Source: a virus. Taken from it: 36,675 nt of DNA. The notes under the pieces are model-generated. The model saw only the letters and a list, made by a program, of their open reading frames with translations, was not told the DNA's origin and did no database searches. The translations under genes were made by a program, and so were the position numbers. Location: positions 1-36,675 of IMG/VR virus record IMGVR_UViG_3300035042_000056; one strand, given 5' to 3'. Below are positions 32,514-36,675 of the stretch, one piece after another. How positions within the stretch are numbered: the first letter of the stretch is position 1; every line of letters begins with the position of its first letter.

Positions 32514-33125
32514 TTAAAATGATCTTGTGAGACCAACAACTTTGCCAATAATTCTTGCGTCTTTACTTTTAATAAAAATTGGATCATACTTTTTGTTCTC
32601 TGGCTGTAAAATTACATTGCCGTTTTGCTTGAAGACTCTCTTTAAAGTGGCATCATGAGCATTAACCATAACAACCGCTATTTCTTTATGTGCTACATCG
32701 TTTTGTTTTCTAACCAAAACTAAATCGCCTTCATGAATCCCAGCTCCGATCATACTGTCGCCGCTAACTTCTAAATAAAAATATTGACCGTTTTGAACTT
32801 TCTCAGTAGGAACTTTTGCATATTCTTTAATGTTTTCCTCAGCAAATACAGGTTGGCCTGCTGCTATTGAACCTAACACTGGTATAATTTCAAATTCTTT
32901 ATATCCTTCTATTTTATTTTCGTGGTTTTCAAATTCGCTTAAAAGGTAAGAGGAGGATATACCTAAAGCTTTAGCTATTCTTCTAAGTACTTTTAAAGAA
33001 GGTTCTTGCTTATCATTCTCTATTTCAGATAAATAACCTTTAGATATATTAGCTTTTTCTCTTAAATCTGATTGAGTATAACCAGCTTCTTTTCTAATCT
33101 TTTTAATTTTTTCGCCCAAACTCAT
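32514..33125 (-). CDS. CI-like repressor: XRE helix-turn-helix plus S24 (LexA-like) autopeptidase
   Basis: The ATG at 33125 follows an AAAGGAGCA RBS. EKIKKIRKEAGYTQSDLREKANISKGYLSEIENDK is the HTH; GDSM...ATLKRV is the Ser/Lys dyad. Confidence 0.85.
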   Translation of the reverse strand: MSLGEKIKKIRKEAGYTQSDLREKANISKGYLSEIENDKQEPSLKVLRRIAKALGISSSYLLSEFENHENKIEGYKEFEIIPVLGSIAAGQPVFAEENIKEYAKVPTEKVQNGQYFYLEVSGDSMIGAGIHEGDLVLVRKQNDVAHKEIAVVMVNAHDATLKRVFKQNGNVILQPENKKYDPIFIKSKDARIIGKVVGLTRSF

Positions 33126-33362
33126 AATTTTGCTCCTTTCTGTATGTTCACTATGATTGTACAATTACATTATAATACATTATTATGTTCGTGTAAAGAG
33201 AAAATTTGTTAACTTTCTACGAACATCAAAGAATTAAAGAGTTAATATTACCTAACCGCTTTTAAGAGTCCATAATTATATTTTATGGGTTTTGCTATAA
33301 TGAACTTTAGTTTATATAATAATTTTAGAATTCAATATTTACGAAAAAAGGAGGTGGTTTAA
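33126..33362. promoter_or_regulatory. Divergent genetic-switch region with predicted leftward and rightward promoters and an operator-like inverted repeat
   Basis: Minus strand: TTTACA (33197-33192), 17 nt, TATAAT (33174-33169). Plus strand: extended -10 TGCTATAAT (33293-33301). Inverted repeat ATGTTCGTGTAAAG (33185-33198) / CTTTCTACGAACAT (33213-33226), 12 of 14 complementary. Confidence 0.55.
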
Positions 33363-33599
33363 GTGAGTAAGTCAATAGGGCAATTAATTAAAGAATTGAG
33401 AGTAGAAAAAAGGATGAGGCAAAATGAGTTAGCAAAAAAAGCTGATCTTTCAAGAAATTATCTTTCTGAAATTGAAAATGAGAATGCTGACCCGAGTCTC
33501 AGGGCTTTAAGAAAAATAACATTAGCTTTGGATGTCAGCATGACTCAAATTTTTGAAGAATCGAACTATGAAGAAGTAGGAGAGAACAAAAGCAAATAA
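33363..33599 (+). CDS. Cro-like XRE-family HTH regulator
   Basis: GTG start after AGGAGGTGG. IGQLIKELRVEKRMRQNELAKKADLSRNYLSEIENE is HTH_3-like. Divergent from the repressor. Confidence 0.7.
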   Translation: MSKSIGQLIKELRVEKRMRQNELAKKADLSRNYLSEIENENADPSLRALRKITLALDVSMTQIFEESNYEEVGENKSK

Positions 33600-33644
33600 T
33601 TTTTTGCGCAAAGGTTCGTAAATAGTGAATATAGGAGGTAAAAA

Positions 33645-34370
33645 ATGAGCAATATTAAAATATTTGAAAATAAAAATTTTGGAGAAGTAAGAACTTTAAA
33701 AAGAAATGATCAGGTTTTATTTGTTGCAAAAGATGTTTGTGATTCTTTAGATATAAAAAATACTACTGATGCTGTTAAAAGATTAGATGCTGACGAAGTG
33801 ACTAGATTGAATCTAGGGGGTAGAGTTGGAGAAACAAACTTAGTTAATGAATTTGGCCTTTATAATTTAGTATTAGGTAGCAGAAAGCCAGAAGCTAAGA
33901 AATTTAAGAGATGGATAACTCATGAAGTGATACCTGAAATCAGAAAAACCGGCCAGTATATTTCAAAACCAAATTCAGTAGAAGACTTAATAATTATGCA
34001 AGCTGAATCAGTAAAAGAATTAAAACAGAAAGTTGATCATCAAGAAAAACAAATCGAAACAATTAAAGGTGCAATAATCCATACTGACGAGGATTGGAGA
34101 AACTGGGTTAATCAGCAAATTAACAGTATAGCTTTTAGAAACAAAAATTACAGGGAAATTAGAAAACAGAGTTATGACATTTTGGAAAATAGAGCAAGAT
34201 GCAGACTCGATGTCAGGCTAAATAATTTAAAAGACAGGTTAGAGCAGGCTGGAGCTAAAAAATCAAAGATTAGGCAAGTAAATAAACTTGATGTAATTGA
34301 AGAGGAACCAAGACTGAAAGAAATTTATACAATGGTAGTTGAGAAATTAGTTATTAAGTATTCAGCTTAA
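33645..34370 (+). CDS. Antirepressor (Bro-N domain with a C-terminal KilA-C/ANT-like region)
   Basis: FENKNFGEVRTLKRNDQVLFVAKDVCDSLDIKNTTDAVKRLDADE...FGLYNLVLGSRKPEAKKFKRWITHEVIP is a Bro-N pattern. Confidence 0.75.
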   Translation: MSNIKIFENKNFGEVRTLKRNDQVLFVAKDVCDSLDIKNTTDAVKRLDADEVTRLNLGGRVGETNLVNEFGLYNLVLGSRKPEAKKFKRWITHEVIPEIRKTGQYISKPNSVEDLIIMQAESVKELKQKVDHQEKQIETIKGAIIHTDEDWRNWVNQQINSIAFRNKNYREIRKQSYDILENRARCRLDVRLNNLKDRLEQAGAKKSKIRQVNKLDVIEEEPRLKEIYTMVVEKLVIKYSA

Positions 34371-34374
34371 GTGG

Positions 34375-34656
34375 GTGAGAAAATTGGATATAACTATTCA
34401 GGCAAGAGAAATACTTGAAGAAAAAATAGAAGAAGAGAGAATGAAACTACCTTTTGCCTTAACTGCTAATCATTTATCTGAACTTTTAGGAATCAGCAAA
34501 AGAAAAGTTTATGATGCTATAGCAGCTGGAGACATACCAGGAGCAAAAAAAATCAATCAGTCCTGGCGGATCCCGAGAGATACATTTTTAAGTTGGTTTT
34601 ATGGAGAAGAAGTTATAGATAAAAAACCTTTTAAAGAAATAAGGGTAGTTAAATAG
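34375..34656 (+). CDS. Excisionase-family (MerR-like) helix-turn-helix DNA-binding protein
   Basis: LTANHLSELLGISKRKVYDAIAAGDIPGAKKINQSWRIPRDTFLSWF. Confidence 0.6.
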   Translation: MRKLDITIQAREILEEKIEEERMKLPFALTANHLSELLGISKRKVYDAIAAGDIPGAKKINQSWRIPRDTFLSWFYGEEVIDKKPFKEIRVVK

Positions 34657-34672
34657 AGGGGGGTCAATAATA

Positions 34673-34957
34673 ATGATTGAATTCAAAAAAATCAAAAAAA
34701 TAGAACTTGATGTTTATGATCTTATCAAAAGATATGAAAGAACAGGCACTAAAAAAGAACTACTGAAAGAATTACGAGAAATAAATAAAGATATGCTAAA
34801 AGCGCAGCAGGGTAAGCCAGCTGCAGTTAAAGAAATAGAAAAAGCTTTAGAAATTTCAAAGCAGGCAAGAAGAAATGACAACACATCCTGGAGAGCCGGA
34901 AATATTGCAGGTTTAGAAAAAGCATTAAGAATTATAAAGGAGGAAGATTATGTTTAG
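34673..34957 (+). CDS. Hypothetical protein (94 aa)
   Basis: GAGGGGGG RBS; charged, helical composition. Confidence 0.5.
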   Translation: MIEFKKIKKIELDVYDLIKRYERTGTKKELLKELREINKDMLKAQQGKPAAVKEIEKALEISKQARRNDNTSWRAGNIAGLEKALRIIKEEDYV

Positions 34958-35057
34958 AGAGCTGAATTTTAAAATTATGATAATGGCTGCAGGTGTAGCA
35001 GTTGGAGGATGGGGTTTATTGGTATTGGTATTTATAGCTTTTGGTGGTAGAGGATGA
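34950..35057 (+). CDS. Single-TM miniprotein (35 aa); not in the ORF track
   Basis: AAAGGAGGAAG RBS, then ATG at 34950. MFRELNFKIMIMAAGVAVGGWGLLVLVFIAFGGRG. The TGA overlaps the next ATG. Confidence 0.45.
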   Translation: MFRELNFKIMIMAAGVAVGGWGLLVLVFIAFGGRG

Positions 35058-35299
35058 ATATATTAATTTTAATTGGGAAAAATATAATGTGGATTTGCGC
35101 TTTTATACTGATATTTGTTTTTGCGCCGAGTTTTTTTAGGGATATCAGAAAAATGTGGATAAAAGACAGCAAAAGCTCAGCTGAGGGCAATTCAGCCGAG
35201 CGAGTCAAGAAAAACTATCATAAGCATAGTATATCAGAAACACCTATAAATTTACAGGAAAAAAGCTTTATTTTTGGTTTTGAGGATGATTCAAAATGA
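35054..35299 (+). CDS. Small membrane-anchored protein (81 aa)
   Basis: N-terminal TM segment ILILIGKNIMWICAFILIFVFAP. Confidence 0.5.
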   Translation: MNILILIGKNIMWICAFILIFVFAPSFFRDIRKMWIKDSKSSAEGNSAERVKKNYHKHSISETPINLQEKSFIFGFEDDSK

Positions 35300-35664
35300 T
35301 GACAATTAACAAGAAAATAGCATTCAGTTTTTTCATCATGGTCTTTTCTATTGGAATCGCGGCCGGAACTGTTTTAACAGCCGACGAATATTTAGATAAT
35401 CTCATATCAAATGAGCAGATGATTGAGATTAAGATACAAAAGGCTATTGAAAAGAAGATTGACGAGAAAGAGGCAAATATGGAGCTTTATGAGGCTATTT
35501 ATTTTGATAAGGAATTAGGCCAGACAATGTATTTCTTTTTCAGGTCTGATGATAATCCATTCTGGCGGGCAAATGAAATACTGGAGAAAGAAAAGATTAA
35601 GTTTAGCAATCTGAGGTTGAGAAAATCAAAACTATTAGAGGAGGAAAGACCTAATGAAAATTAA
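35296..35664 (+). CDS. Membrane-anchored hypothetical protein (122 aa)
   Basis: ATGA overlap with the upstream ORF; N-terminal TM segment FSFFIMVFSIGIAAGTVL. Confidence 0.5.
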   Translation: MMTINKKIAFSFFIMVFSIGIAAGTVLTADEYLDNLISNEQMIEIKIQKAIEKKIDEKEANMELYEAIYFDKELGQTMYFFFRSDDNPFWRANEILEKEKIKFSNLRLRKSKLLEEERPNEN

Positions 35665-36208
35665 AAAAGCAATTAAGGAATTAAAGAAAGGCGATCTACA
35701 CTGCTGGAGGGAAGATAAAAAAACTTACTGGGTAACAGACTCTTTTTTGTTAGTCAAAATGAACCAGAAACAGTTTAATTTTTTCAAGAGTAAATATTCA
35801 TCTCTTAAGAGAAATGCTTATATTCCTGATTTAGAAGTTGGAGAAAAATGTTCGACTTTTGGAACGATGTTAAATGATGGTGGCCCGGATTTTGAAAAAT
35901 TATTTGCAACTCTAGATAAATATAGGCCAGCTGAAGTATCGGACTTTATATTTGACAATGACAAAAGAATTTATCATTCAGGCGTTTTTGTGAGTGTGAT
36001 TTCAGAAAAATATTATCAAATATTTGAAGAACATGAGTGCGAAATCAATAGTGAAAACAAAAGATTTACACCTGTTGCATTTTATAAAAATAATGGTGAA
36101 TTAGTCGGGATGGTTGGCCCAATAGAATTAAAGTTAGACGAAAAAGAAAGACTACATTCCGGGTTAGATGCTCTTTTAAAATCATTTGAAGGTGACACAA
36201 GGGGTTGA
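35654..36208 (+). CDS. Hypothetical protein (184 aa) immediately upstream of the replisome organizer
   Basis: Long ORF with GAGGAGG upstream. No recognised motif; contains one TGGCCCGG copy. Confidence 0.5.
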   Translation: MKIKKAIKELKKGDLHCWREDKKTYWVTDSFLLVKMNQKQFNFFKSKYSSLKRNAYIPDLEVGEKCSTFGTMLNDGGPDFEKLFATLDKYRPAEVSDFIFDNDKRIYHSGVFVSVISEKYYQIFEEHECEINSENKRFTPVAFYKNNGELVGMVGPIELKLDEKERLHSGLDALLKSFEGDTRG

Positions 36209-36215
36209 TGACTAG

Positions 36216-36675
36216 ATGGCTAGGCCACAAAAATCAGGGATAGATTACTTCACTATAGACACCAACATGGAAGACAAAATTAAACTTGTAGAGGCTAAAT
36301 ATGGCTTAGAAGGATTCGGGTTTTTGATTAAACTCTGGCAGAAAATTTACAGCCAGAAGTATTACATCGACTGGACAGAGGAAATCCAATTACTATTCAG
36401 TAGCGAGGTTAATGTCAACATTAACAAGATTAATGACATCATTAACGATTGTGTCAAATGGGGCGTTTTTAACCAGGAACTTTTTGAAAAACACAATATA
36501 TTAACCAGTCACGGAATCCAGTTAAGATATAAGGAAGCCACCTATAGACGCAAAAAAGTGGAGATGAAAGAGGATTATTTGCTGCTAAAAGATGATGAAA
36601 TTAACTCAAATATAGTTAATGAGAACAATAACCCGATTAATGATAACAAAAACCTAAAAAATGATGACAAAAGTA
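36216..36675 (+). CDS. Replisome organizer / replication initiator, N-terminal part. It continues in frame into 1-477 across the circular junction; the full protein is about 269 aa.
   Basis: ATG at 36216 and open to the window end. 36549 minus 36216 is a multiple of 3, so the frame joins frame 1 of bases 1-477. The N-terminus MARPQKSGIDYFTIDTNMEDKIKLVEAKYGLEGFGFLIKLW looks like the DUF4373-type N-domain of phage replisome organizers. Confidence 0.7.
   Translation, partial: MARPQKSGIDYFTIDTNMEDKIKLVEAKYGLEGFGFLIKLWQKIYSQKYYIDWTEEIQLLFSSEVNVNINKINDIINDCVKWGVFNQELFEKHNILTSHGIQLRYKEATYRRKKVEMKEDYLLLKDDEINSNIVNENNNPINDNKNLKNDDKS
36549..36675. repeat. Terminal direct repeat, copy B; identical to 1-127
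   Basis: Same 127-nt string as the window start. Confidence 0.95.

Noticed and set aside
33603-33612. 10-bp palindrome TTTGCGCAAA just after cro as a terminator
   Set aside because: It cannot form a hairpin with a loop, and no T-tract follows. It may be a protein-binding site, but the evidence is too thin for a feature call.

Overview
The window is a complete, circularly closed temperate tailed-phage or prophage genome. Bases 1-127 are identical to 36549-36675, so the unique length is 36,548 bp. The sequence is AT-rich with strong AGGAGG-type ribosome-binding sites, which suggests a low-GC host.

Modules, by coordinate:
- 36216 through the junction to about 8000: early/replication region. 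It holds a DnaD-like replisome organizer that wraps the junction and carries internal iterons, SSB, RusA, a free-standing HNH endonuclease, many tiny Cys-rich ORFs, and an ArpU/RinA-like late regulator.
- 8260-17006: packaging and HK97-type head genes (HNH, candidate cos, TerS, TerL, portal, protease, major capsid), connector proteins and the major tail protein.
- 17017-25942: siphovirus-type tail. It holds a chaperone with a -1 frameshift, the tape measure, a lambda M/L/K/J-like tip and fibre proteins.
- 25936-28858: diversity-generating retroelement (DGR).
- 28922-30538: lysis genes (holin, GH108 endolysin) plus two unknown ORFs.
- 30592-34656: lysogeny module (candidate attP, tyrosine integrase, two small membrane proteins, LexA-like CI repressor, Cro-like protein, Bro-N antirepressor, excisionase-family HTH).
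- 34673-36208: small early ORFs.

The standout system is the complete DGR. A C-type-lectin/FGE-fold receptor-binding protein carries a 3' variable repeat (VR). It is followed by avd, a 123-bp template repeat (TR), a structured spacer, and an RT with the IGNxxSQ and YMDD motifs. VR and TR differ at 14 positions that are all adenines in the TR, plus one non-A mismatch at the 3' boundary. DGRs are a known class; what could be new here is this lineage and host.

The second notable signal fits no standard feature type. A GC-rich motif, TGGCCCGG (extended form GTG[A/C]TGGCCCGG, and its reverse complement), recurs at least 10 times. It is concentrated at gene boundaries in the early region.

All functional calls rest on by-eye motif recognition and synteny. 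No database search was run.
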